Of a stretch of 64,000 nucleotides of DNA, positions 1 through 12,550 are shown one piece after another. Position numbers and translations under genes: made by a program. Location of the stretch: the NCBI RefSeq assembly GCF_001194135.2, contig NC_068988.1, forward strand, positions 4,743,179 to 4,807,178, read 5' to 3'. The notes below the pieces were generated by a model that did no database searches, had not been told where the DNA came from, and saw only the letters and a list, made by a program, of their open reading frames with translations. Numbering within the stretch: the first letter of the stretch is position 1; each line of letters begins with the position of its first letter. This DNA is from Octopus bimaculoides. Lineage: Eukaryota.

Positions 1-450
1 ATTGAAACGGAAATAAGATTTCAGGTATAATTACATTTGTTTACGATTATCGCTGGACAGAATAAAGAAACTTCACGGAACTTAAAATGAATTGATACTA
101 ACAAAATGATTCGAGAACAAGTGAAACTAAGCAATGTCTTTCATGCTGTTAAATCAAGGTAGACATACTTTTATACAACAATGCCAAGCGAGATAAATAT
201 TAATATTTATATATTTATATCTCTTACACAACTATTTATAATATACACTTAGCTGTTTGTATAAATATTAATTGCATCAATAAATTATTATGCTTTATGT
301 ATCAATAATTTGCAAATATTTATAGTTTCTTCCAACAACAATTAGAAAATGCTGAGTATTTATAGATATAATACCTGAAAAGTGAATATTAAATCTTGTT
401 TGTTGGAATTTAAGCGAACGACCCTTGTATTATATATATATATATATATA

Positions 451-721
451 GAGCAAATGATCACCCACACTGGAGGCAAATACTGCGCGAAAGTGAATGA
501 AGAGAGAGTAAGTAAAACAGGTATTGGCCATCAAAGAAAAGTACACTTGATGGAAGGAAAAATCAGCAGCACCAGCAGAGAGCTCCTTCAAATGCAGTCG
601 CTGTATGCATGAATGACACTCCCGTGTGGGCCTGTGCAGCCACAACAGACGTTGCACCACCATCAGCAACTGACACGATTTCTTTGGGTGCAGATCCATG
701 GTCTCTAGAAACCGACGGATG
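451..721 (+). mobile_element. 3' end of an RTE-clade LINE (5'-truncated, decayed), flanked by (TA)n on both sides
   Basis: Plus-strand frames read ANDHPHWRQILRESE and, after a shift, KSAAPAESSFKCSRCMHE*HSRVGLCSHNRRC. This matches the RTE ORF C-terminal C..C...HSR.GL.SH.R.C motif. It is followed by a short 3' UTR (CCATGGTCTCTAGAAACCGACGGATG). Confidence 0.7.
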
Positions 722-3360
722 TGTACTATATATATATATATAGATATATGCTCCGTAGTCATCCTAATCAGATTTCTCTATAAACATACATTTATTCGTG
801 AAAGTGCCGAATTATTGATACTTAATTCAAAATATGCATAATCTTATGTGAAAAATATTTAGAATATCATAAATAATTGTTCTAAATCCTACAAAAATTC
901 AGTAGATATTAAGGTTTGCAAAATTGTTTTGAGAGCTGAAGAAACTATACCAAAACAAGGGCGCCTATTTTTACAAGGTTAGCGAAACTTAGTAAAAAAC
1001 ATTTGGCGGTTTCATTGAATAAGCTGAATGAATCTATTTTACGCTGAACAGGATTTCTAATATGGGAGATCATTAATTATTGAAAGCAATATTAGATTGA
1101 TATCTGTGATACCTGTTTCTGCATGCGCTGCTAGTTGTGGTTGTATGGCTTCATATTGGAGGAGAAAAACCGATGTCACTAAAGCAGTGGCATAAATGAT
1201 TACTTTTTTTGTTAGTTGTGAAAAGCTGAATTATAATATGGTTTATTATTTATAATGTTAATTGTTAGTTGCATTTGCAATTTTAAATATTTCTGAACCT
1301 GCAAGACCAGTTTCCCACAGCTATTGGCTTCAGTAAACTGAATTTGATTGTATCTAGTTTTTGATTGCTATGCATGTATACGCTGCTATACACACTGACT
1401 CCATTTTTGTCTATTTAATTCAGTCACTCTTTATGTTTTGGTGGCCAATTGTTGGACGCATGAATTGTTGTTCTTGAAAAAAATAGTTGCTAAAAGATAT
1501 TTTCATAGTTTAACGTTTTCAAGAGGCATTAATAAACTCTGTAAAAATTACAACTAATTTGTAAAAGAGAATAATGAACGATAAAATTAGAAAATGGAAA
1601 TAATTTCAGTTGAACAAGCAAAGCTAAGGAGAGATGAAGAAGAAATAAACGACGAAGATTGCTATCAGTATGAAGTAGAAACAAAGAGAATAAAAGTAGA
1701 AGTGGTAATAAATTATAAAAGGAATATGTAGAGTAAAGTACTTATATGCATATATTTTTAAAGCGTCTTAATAAATGAGAATTATTCCTCTAATGCGATA
1801 ATAATCCTATCGACGGTACAACTAATTCAAAGTAATGATTTTATTTATCGCCCTCTAAACAAACTGTAGTGTAGAAAATTAATTAGGAATATAGAGCCAG
1901 CGGTAGTTATCAGCTTTATTTTATTGAAGGAAATATGTAATAGGTTTATGAAAGAAAATGAAAATTAGTCCTTAAAGCTAAAAGCAAATGGCAAAGATAA
2001 CTGTAAATAGCTTCATTACACTTTTGTAGGTGCAGTTTTGATAAAGTAAGGAAGTTTAACGATTATTTCCAAGGAACATAAATATATTTTGTCATACAAT
2101 TTTCTTATTCATCAGGGACGTTTAAATTGTCTACGGAGTCGAATAATCTAGAAGAATTGTTTAATGTCACAGAAGTTTATAAGGATTGATGGGTATTGAG
2201 AATATGCAACTCTAAATACATTTTTCCTGCTAAAACTTATGCATATATAAAATTAGAAATATGGCATTTCTAAATCTCTCAGAGAGACTTATACAGCAGC
2301 AGCACAATAAAGAGATGGTTAAGTGAAAGTATAGCTGTGCCATAGCAGTCTCATGACGCCGCACTTAGGAAAATGTATTCTATTATGGCATCACACACAC
2401 ATATATATATATACATATATATGTTTGTGTTTATATCCCACCGCTTCACAGATGGTGTTGGTTTGTTCACGTCCCTATACTTTCTGGGTTCGGCAGAAGT
2501 AACGCACCTGAAATATGAATCGATATGGATTTCATTGACTACACCTTACAACGGTGTGCCCCTGCTTGGCCACACTTCGATGGAAAAGAACAAAAGGAAA
2601 TGTATACGTACACATATGAAAATTGTGTGCATATATATACATATACACATATGTGTATGTATGTATGTATGTGTGTATATNNNNNNNNNNATATATATAC
2701 ATACCTACACGTGCATACCCCCGCTAACCCGGAGCATACATGAGTTCTACTGGACAAAATATTTTACACTTAGATTTCCAGCTCTAAACTAAGCCTGGAA
2801 CCATTTTCACAGAATATGTTACATAGCTTCAGGTTTATATATGGTTATGAAGAAGTTAGACATGATATTTCTACTGAATCAGTAATGGCGCAACACAGTC
2901 AAGCAATTCCCTTAACAGTAGTGAGATTTATATCAGCACTCACCCCGCTTCTAGTTAACATTCAACATGTGAATATTTCTTGTGTAAGGAGACGATTCAA
3001 GCCGATGAGAAAAGTATATTTTTAATTTAACACAACTAAGGGATAAGAACAGCATATATTGACGGATACAGGAGGCAAAGTAGCATAAATTTAATTTACG
3101 CTTTTCCTGAATTGATTTTAACGAAACAAAAATAGCCAAAGCTTATTCAGGCACTAACATTTATTTCATGCATTTATTTCACATCCACAGCGTTTCGATA
3201 TAAAGAAATCCATATTTTCAAAGCTATTAGGAGTGAGAGCAATATGAATAGTTTGCATTGGAGGACGTCTTAGAATCGTAAATTAGATGATAAAATATAA
3301 ATATTCGTAACAAGATTTTCTGCGTATTTCGGGTTCGAAGCTACTCTGTATATTTTGTCT

Positions 3361-3705
3361 TTGATTTGTTTCAGTCATGCTGGGGGTTCCACCCTGAGGA
3401 ATTCTTAGTCAAATGAATCGACCCCACGACTTTTAAAGCCTGGTAATTATTCTATCACTCTGTTTTGCAGAACCACTAAGTTGTCAAGCAGTGTTGTTGG
3501 AGGCAAATATAGACACGAAAATACACACATAGGTATATACATATACACGACGGGCTTCTTTCAGTTTCCGCCTACCAAATGCACTCACGGCTTTGGTCGG
3601 CCCGGGGCTATAGGTGAAAACACTTGACCAAGTGCCACGCAGTGCGATTGAAGCGGGAACCATGTGCTTTGGGAAACACGCTCCTTACCACACAGCCGCG
3701 CCTGG
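3361..3705 (-). mobile_element. tRNA-derived SINE (family B, CORE-like central segment)
   Basis: Minus strand starts with a tRNA-like head (GGCTGTGTGGTAAG ... GGTTCCCGCTTCAATC, A/B-box-like), then GGCACTTGGTCAAGTGTTTTCACC (CORE-like). Diverged relatives at ~7261-7310, ~33300-33435, ~34110-34225 and ~56020-56240. Confidence 0.7.
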
Positions 3706-3745
3706 GTCTTTGTATTTGAGAAAAATTATAATTATAAAGAATTAC

Positions 3746-3915
3746 CTTATATTCATTCTTTAAACCTTCCATGTCATTTTCTTTATTCCGCTTTATATAA
3801 TCCCACAGGTCTTCCACTTTCACAGATGGAATTGTCACTCCTAAATTGCCGTACACTGGTTCATTCGTGTCTGTTGTCACAGCTGCTTCTATAAGGGGTT
3901 CAATTTCAAAGTTTT
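3746..3915 (-). CDS. RPTP exon 10: juxtamembrane plus D1 wedge region, (E)NFEIEPLIEAAVTTDTNEPVYGNLGVTIPSVKVEDLWDYIKRNKENDMEGLKNEYK
   Basis: V.VeDL.dYI...k.nd..gLk.EY resembles the helices preceding RPTP D1 domains. Acceptor ttttttttccttctag, donor AAG|GTAATT; 170 nt, phase 1 to 0. No catalytic-core exon (e.g. NRY/DHSRV) was recognised at 1-3745, so those exons lie left of the window. Confidence 0.85.
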
Positions 3916-3993
3916 CTAGAAGGAAAAAAAATATTGTATTAGCAAAACAGAATAGATATTAAAACAAATTCTAGATATATGCTTTATATAATG

Positions 3994-4044
<51 letters not shown>

Positions 4045-4054
4045 CTTTCTGATA

Positions 4055-4220
4055 TAGGCACAAGGCCTGATTTTTGGGGGTAAGGGATAAGTCGATTACA
4101 TCAACCCCAGCACTTGACTGATACTTAATTTATCGACCCCGAAAGGATGAAAGGCAAGGTCGAGCTTGGCGATATTTTAACTCAGAATGTAGCGACGTGC
4201 GAAATACTGCTAAGCATGTC
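4055..4220 (-). mobile_element. SINE family A, 5'-truncated copy
   Basis: Reverse complement of the 14262 copy body (cctttcatcctttcggggtcgataaattaagt...gccttgtgcc); ends in an (AAT)n tract. Confidence 0.75.
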
Positions 4221-4235
4221 GTAATAATAATAATA

Positions 4236-4268
<33 letters not shown>

Positions 4269-4469
4269 GGCACAAAGCCTGAAATCTGGGGGGAATGGGG
4301 TCAGTCGATTTTATCGACCTCAGTGTTTCACTGGTACTCAATTTATCTAACTCGAAAAGATGAAAGGCAAAGTCGGCCTCGGCGGAATTTGAACTCAGAA
4401 CATAGCAGTTGGCGAAATACCGCTAAGCATTTCGTCCAGCATGCTAACGCTCCTGCCAACTCACCGCCT
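4269..4469 (-). mobile_element. SINE family A, near full-length copy
   Basis: Minus strand begins AGGCGGTGAGTTGGCAGGAGCGTTAGCA and contains GAGTTCAAATTCCGCC (B-box-like); collinear with the 14262 and 25249 copies. Confidence 0.8.
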
Positions 4470-4540
<71 letters not shown>

Positions 4541-5528
4541 GACAACAACCATAAAATGCCGTGATGCAGTACCAGACATTGGCTCTCATGGCTTCTGATC
4601 TTAATTGACTGGAAATGTCATCATGTACATTGTTCTGCTTTAGTATAAAAGATGAGCTACAGCAAATATTTTGCTCAATTTTGACCTTTGACTCCTGACT
4701 ACAATTCTCTCAAAGTGACAAGCTGTGTGGAACATAACTGATATATATCGACCAAACACATTAACCAACAAGTAAATTCCTTAGAAAATTCAATGTCAGT
4801 GAATGCTCAAAACATATAGAGCCGTATGTAGAGAAGAATGGTTAAAGATGGAACTTTTAGCCACTGGAACACATCCTATCCACCAAAGTCGCTCGAATCC
4901 ACTTAGATAAAAAAAAACTAGGAGAGGAAAAGACAGGTAATGTATGGATAACCAACTTGTAAGAAATTGCTTTTATCTCATCGTTACAATTGTTACAAAA
5001 TTCTGCTTCCATATATTTGAATCAAACGATGACAAATAGTCATTTTGGCAAGAGGAGATCAACAGTAAAAAATAAACTTATATTTAGGTAAAACTAATTT
5101 ACCAGGCCACAGCAAAAATACTTTTTATACATGTATTTGTAAAAAGACCTATTATTAGAAACCTTGGAACTTGTGTGAAATGACTTTTATAGGAAATATC
5201 GTTTAGAACATTTCCTAAAGAAACCACACAGTTTCTGTTAATGCTTTTATATAGAACAATACAATTCAATATTTCATTTGTAACGTTATGTTCACGCTGT
5301 AACTTTGTGTATGCATGCATATATATNNNNNNNNNNNNNNNNNNNNNNNNNNNNNNNNNNNNNNNNNNNNNNNNNNNNNNNNNNNNNNNNNNNNNNNNNN
5401 NNNNNNNNNNNNNNNNNNNNNNNNNNNNNNNNNNNNNNNNNNNNNNNNNNNNNNNNNNNNNNNNNNNNNNNNNNNNNNNNNNNNNNNNNNNNNNNNNNNN
5501 NNNNNNNNNNNNNNNNNNNNNNNNNNNN

Positions 5529-5560
<32 letters not shown>

Positions 5561-8500
5561 TGATAGGAAATATATTTGCTAGTCATGAACACATATATTT
5601 CTTTCGAATTGATTCCTATTACTAAACTTCCAGTAATGGAAGAGACAAGGTAAACACGTGATATTCTCGACTCGCGTCGTGCCAAGAAAGTAATGGACAC
5701 TGTTTACATAGAGTAATTTGAAATCCCACTAAAATCAAGAATATACACTCACGCACGTATCAAATGTATGTCTATGTGTGTGTACTTGCTCGCGTGCGTG
5801 CATGTGTTTATGTGTGTATGTATGTATGTATGTATATATGCATGTATGTAAGCTTAGTGTCTATTTAATAGATTAACTAATTATGAACCGTGTTTGTTCG
5901 CTAGCGTAGCTTAGATTGACTTAATAGCGATGGCACACTTATAATGACGTAAACTAAAGGATTAATTGACGAATAAGGCGTAACTATCGAACCTTCTTAT
6001 TTATTACATTTATGCAAATATTGACTAAATTTTTAAATCATAATTTTAGCTTAATTTTCTATTTTTGATGCTTTAAATTATTTTCATGAAGCTCAACCTT
6101 GATATGAGTGTGTTATTTGTGGTTTGAATGTGGAGGGAAATTTGTACGGAGAGATGAAATCTAACCAAGTTCTCAGAAATTCTGGAATATCTTGTGATCT
6201 GTAAATGTAACGATAGATATTCGTGTTTTGCTAAATCACAAATTCAGCAAACAGTACAGTTTTATAGATAAGAGGATAGGAAGTATAAACCATGAGGTTG
6301 TTGGTTTAATGTACGCTATTTTGACCAGTTGTAATTCTCAAAATACCATTAAATCTCATTCTATAGATATTAACCTTTATTACATTAGATATAAATTTAT
6401 ATATAAGAGAGTCAAGACTATTGAAAAGGTTGCAAGACGCAACGAAAATTTTAGGAAAATAAAAATAAGAAATAAGTGGAAATTTTACCGGTGAGTATGT
6501 TAAATTATAAGGCACAAAATGAAAATGACTCTCCCCAGACACAACAGAATATGCTTCAACACAAGAACTCACATAAAGAATCTTGCACACCAAATCCAAA
6601 AACGAAATATAAATTGTAAAATTCAACAAAACAAAACACGAATTTGTTTTCTCTACCTAAACTCTAACCTCCATAACAAGAGAAATTCCTCTTTAAAATA
6701 TAGAAATACTACCACAACATTTGACCGAAATAACCTGTTTCTATATTTCATGTACACCTGGGTAGCATTGATGCGAAATATTACATTTAACATTTCGTAT
6801 TTTGGACGAAATATTACAAAAAAATGTATTTGTTTATGTTAACCTCTTCGCATTCAAATACTACTTAGCTGCCATTGTTTCTTCAGCTATACATGACAAA
6901 TATTGTTTTGAAAGAGAGAAGACACATTTGGGGCCAAAGGGCAGAGAGATTATTTACATACAACACGGGATTTTCTTTCCTAAAACTTCCTGAGCACAGA
7001 AGCAAGTAGCAAACGAGATAAAGAAATCGTTAGAGTATCTAATTATTTTGCTATTCTGCTATTCTGCTATTCTGGCGACTTGTACTCGTGATTTTTCTAC
7101 GTCCATTTTTATCCGGCTGTCTTTTAGTATCGAAATTGAGAACACATGTATTTAGAATGTTGATTGTGGTGAATAGCTTGTCTAGAATTTACCATCTCCC
7201 TCTGTTATAACAAAGATAATGCGCGAGCACACACGCACACACACACATATCTTTTATTTTTTGTCTTTTACTTGTTTCAGTCATTAAACTGCGGTCTTAC
7301 TGGGGCACCAGTTGCGTTATAAATGGGAATCTGACAATATTGCAGATGCCAGACTTGCATTGTTGACTTTCGAAAAATTTAGGACAAGCTGTGGATAACA
7401 AAATATCATACATAAACCTTGTGTCATTTGAACATCAACGAAATTAAATATGCCTGAATGACCATGTCTGTGTTTCAGTATCCTGAAAATTCCACCAGTC
7501 GTTCCAATTCCGTAAAAACTTGTGAAAAAGATGGAGCCTAGTGACAGTGTTCAGTTACTGGTGTTTGAGAATTCTTTTGTTTCCTCTTATAATTCATCTT
7601 TTTAGTACATAATCTTCAAATACTACCTACATACTTTGCAGGCTCTTGTATGGGAGATTAGTTGGCCACAAATTATACGTTTAATGTACAGTGGTTGCGT
7701 ATTATTTTATCAGTAATGCTACGAAATACTTATACGTTCTGCATATACAAAACAAACTGTATACACAAAAACTATGTATATATTATCAACCGTTGAACAC
7801 AGATTCTAAGTTCAGTCGAACAACGATCAATTTTTATATCAGTGATACGTCAAAAGTTTAGTAATTTTAAATTGGGAAATTTACCTTTCAGAGAGTCTAC
7901 ATCCCCCACTTTATTCACTAAAATAGCAGTTAAATCCCCACAAATCATATCCTATTGAGTCACGTCATTAAAAGATTTCTAAGACTTCATTCTACAAAAC
8001 ACTGAGTTATTTCATTATAGCCAAATCATACGTTTGACATTGAACCAACACATATTTGCTTTGACATCACAACTGCCACTGAACTATTTCGCAAAAAGCG
8101 ACACCGAATTGCACCGTTAGAACTTCCCTTGAGAGACCTCATCTGCGTGCACTTACTGATTCATTACAATAAGCATTGGTGAGTGTTAATAAATGAACAT
8201 TGCTGAGGTGTTTCATTACAACCACTTATGAAGTATTTTGTTAGAACCACTACTCAGTGGTGTCATAAAAATTGTCTTCACCATTTTAAGAAACCAAACA
8301 TGGAACTGAGCTGTGTCGTTAGAATGATTAATCTGGACATCATTACAACGATTTTTTTACTCATAATAGCAAATAGTGATAGAAAATTGCTATACTGTGA
8401 ACGGAAATATTGAAATAATGTTCCATTTGATTGTCAACGCTCGAAATCGATTAATCAATTTAATAACTATTTAAAAAGATTTTTCAACTGAACCTGGTAG

Positions 8501-9340
8501 TCGTCCACACATCCGAGTTTTCATTTATTTTAACCTTTATTATACTATTTCTTAATGATAGAACTTTCAATTTATCTTGCTCTCAGTTTACACAGTAGTA
8601 AAGATCGATATGTATGTTGTACAATGATTGTAAAACTATAGTAAACATAGAAATATTACTGAAGTGAAAATAACAAGTAAGAAAATATACATATATAAAA
8701 CAATAGAAATTTGAACTCTACTTAACCCTGAAATATATATTGTTTCAATGAAGCAGATTTATTGTTCATATAGTTAGAAAATATACACTAGCTTCATTGA
8801 TATAAGTTTAACACAAAAATATTTGTAGCTGGAAAACTTATGTCTACTGAATCTCCATAATCATTTAGAAACAAATAGAAGACAAACAAACAGCAATGAA
8901 CCTACGTTCTTCATTTCTAGGATAATAAACGACAGGTGTATTATGATGTACAAGATAAGCTTCTGGTGAATCATTTTCAAAAACACAATCTAGATTCAGA
9001 TCACATAAGTCAATGACTCATAAATTCTATAGTTTGTAAAGAAGTAATAGTCTGGAATGAATACTGACAGGAAGAAATCAGAATAAACGAAAATAAGATT
9101 CCGCACACTGAAAAGAATGTATGAAAGCTAAGAGTCGATTGATGCCATGCGTTTCATAAAGAAATAGAATTAAAGTAGGAAAAATATTTCAAAATCAGAT
9201 CGTTCTATCATCGTCTTCGTCACTGTCGTAATTGTCGTCGTCATCATCATGCACTCAAGAATTCCATGCGAGTTTCCATTTTCCATCGCTCTATAATGAT
9301 AAGCTTCATTATATTTTAGCTTTCAGTATTTCTATAGATA

Positions 9341-9780
9341 AAGCGGCATCCTAGCAAAATCGTTGAGCCATTGGGTAAGGCGCTTAGCAGCATTTCACTC
9401 GTCTATGCGTTGTGAGTTCGTTTTCCACCAGGGTCGACTTTACCTTTCATCCTTTCGGGGTCGATAAAATAAGCACCAGTTGAATACTGGGGTTGATGCA
9501 ATCAACTTACCCTCTCCTCCGAAATTGCTGTCCTTGTGTTAAACTTTGAAAACAATATTTCTATACATTAGACTGGCAACTGGAAAAATCATTCCCGGAG
9601 CATACAGAATGTTTAGCAGCATTTTTTCCATATCTTTAGGTTGTGAGTTCAAATGCTATCGAGGTCGACTTGCCTTTCATTCCAATATCGATATTAAAGT
9701 GCCCGGTCGTTACTAGATTTAGGGAATCAACGAACCCATCTCTACCAACTTTGTGACCCGGTATCTCAGTTAGGTATCAT
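9341..9780 (+). mobile_element. Two adjacent diverged SINE family A copies (~9341-9558 and ~9575-9780)
   Basis: Both contain gtgagttc...gtcgactt(t)(a/g)cctttcat; the first also has cctttcggggtcgataaaataag. Confidence 0.65.
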
Positions 9781-10438
9781 TATTTCATAATTTATCTTTT
9801 AATTAAATTGAATTTATATAAAAAAAAGTATTATAGTGTATTGATCTATTAATGTCAAACCAGTGATATTTATCCAACAAAGTGGTCCTGCTACGAATCA
9901 TAAAACATTACTTGCAGCATTTCCTTTTTTCATCCATATTTTACGATACACCCATTTTGAACATACCACTTATTGTGTAAGTAATACATTCTTGTTTAGC
10001 AGAACCACTACACTTGACTAAACATGAGAAAGAATGCTTCGTAGTCTCCTGTCTGAGTATTTTATATAGCATCTATATTTCTAAAACCATTTATTTTGCT
10101 AAATCACTGACGCACCACTAACATTCACTTGAATGGTAAAATGTGATACAGATTCGGACCAATAAAATTCAGCCAGCCCTACGTTAGTAACTGATACTTA
10201 TATACACTGAATAATTACAGTCGATTCTACAATTTTTTACATATCAAAAGCTTGGACAAGGAGTCTCAAAAAAGATTAAATCTGGTTCAGCTACTGAATA
10301 TATTTGTCGCACCAAAACAAAAACACTGTTAATACGCACGCAGTTTAGTCATCGAACTAGCTACCAGGATTGCACCAAATCGGTGAATTCGATTTGCTAA
10401 AGACTTGATAATAGTGAGAACGCACAGACACAAACATA

Positions 10439-10555
<117 letters not shown>

Positions 10556-12285
10556 ACAAAATTACGAACAGTTAGAAAAGGATCGTCAATTAGTAATGGA
10601 ATCTCAGTCAATCTGGAACATTTAATTCTTCCTTGTTGGTCCACAACCTACCACACTGTTTATCCAATTGACTTTAAATTACACAGTGCAGTGTTGGATT
10701 AAATACATGTAGGTTTATTCTAGGTTTATATAACTACATGACAACTTTTCTTTTATTATTTGGAAAGTGGTGGCAGATTTAAATTCCTAAAACTTTGTAA
10801 AAACATCACAATAAGGTCCCTGAGACTATTAATGAAAGGGGGATGGATTAGATCCAAAAAGTAAATAACAATGTGCAATTATGACTTAATTAAGAGGAAA
10901 GATCAAGTAGGATTAATGTATCCCCGATCAAGTGGAGCATAACTATTGAACGTATTTAATCATTTTAAAGGCTTTTGTTCTTTAAAAAGGATTTCAAATT
11001 AGATATCCGTTTACGACAACTTAAGCCATGAAAGCAACAACAAACACTTATTAGGTATCTGATCTGAGATTTGCAACAGAATATTCACTGTGTCTCTAGA
11101 TATCCGATGGTAAACGAAGTAATGCTTAAATTCTAAAGAAAGATACCTTTTTCTTGGTGATTTCGTAAGATCCCACAAGAATTAGCATTGAGTGAAAAAG
11201 AAAATAATTTATGGATACATAGTAGGATCCCTTTTTATTGTTGGGTATTATATTAACAGTTGTCAGGGAAGCGTTAATATTTCTTACATTTTCCGAAAAT
11301 GACATTTTCGCTTGTAATAGTCACCTTGGAATAATAATGCATAAAAAGATAGATTAACGATATATTAAATCAATAAAGTTATCTTGCATTGATTAATAAT
11401 TTTATATCTCTGGAAACTTAATCGTATTTTTCAACTGAATAAACGGAAATTTGCATATTGCTAATATAATCTTATACACCTTGTACTACGAATTTTAAAT
11501 GTATAAAAGTGAAGGAGTAAATATCGAATGTTAAAAACATAAAACATTAGCGCTACAAATTTAATGGAATCCTCAGAGGACCAGTTTTCATTGATACAAT
11601 GAGCAGGAGATTTTTTTAATATTTCTGAAAACGATTTATTTGAAGATTACAGAAGGGTTTACTTTCTGAATTCCATTAAAACATTAATAACAAAGAGTAT
11701 TTTCTAAACTTACCGAAATAAAATACAACCCATTTTTGAATTACGATAAAATAAAATATAAAACGAAAATGTCAATTCTATAGGCGTAAAATATTCAATT
11801 AATTATTTCTTAATCAAATTATACTGAAAAACATCTCAATGAATGAAGCAACATAAATAGAGGAATAGGAATCAGAACTTAAAATAAAATGATTGAATTT
11901 ATTAGTCTTAATCAAATTAATATGCTCGTTAAAGTTTGTGTACGAGCAATGCAAACTTATAACCGAATTTAGCTATTTGAAAAACTTGCTGGCAGTAAAT
12001 AATAGATCAATAAGGCAAATAAAACAGAAAAATAATAATCATTATAGTAGCAATTTAATTTAAATCTGTGTTCTAAGAAATCAACATATTTAATCCAAGG
12101 AAGTTGAGAGGAAATATTTACTCATTATAATTTACGTTTTAACTTGTGTTACACAACCATCAAATCTCCGATATAAAAATACCTCTAAATTTGACTGTCA
12201 AACAGACTATGTGGAACGTCGATTTAAAAGTGTAATACAAGTCAGAATTAGATACACAAATATATGTGCGTACACACACACACAC

Positions 12286-12289
<4 letters not shown>

Positions 12290-12356
<67 letters not shown>

Positions 12357-12495
12357 TGTATGTATGTAAGTATATATATATATTTGAATAGATATATACA
12401 TACATATATGTATACATATAATATATATGTATGTACGTATATGTTTGCGTGTGTGTGTATATATATATATATATGTACATATATATATGTATATA

Positions 12496-12533
<38 letters not shown>

Positions 12534-12550
12534 GATATAGATATATATAG
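12290..12550. repeat. Compound (TA)n/(TG)n microsatellite
   Basis: Directly visible; similar tracts at 26512-26577 and 43600-43703, and at most gap edges. Confidence 0.95.

Noticed and set aside
4197-4598. Poly-Ile, poly-Asn, (YI)n, (HT)n, (CV)n and (ER)n ORFs across the window
   Set aside because: Translations of microsatellites and SINE bodies, with no coding signature.
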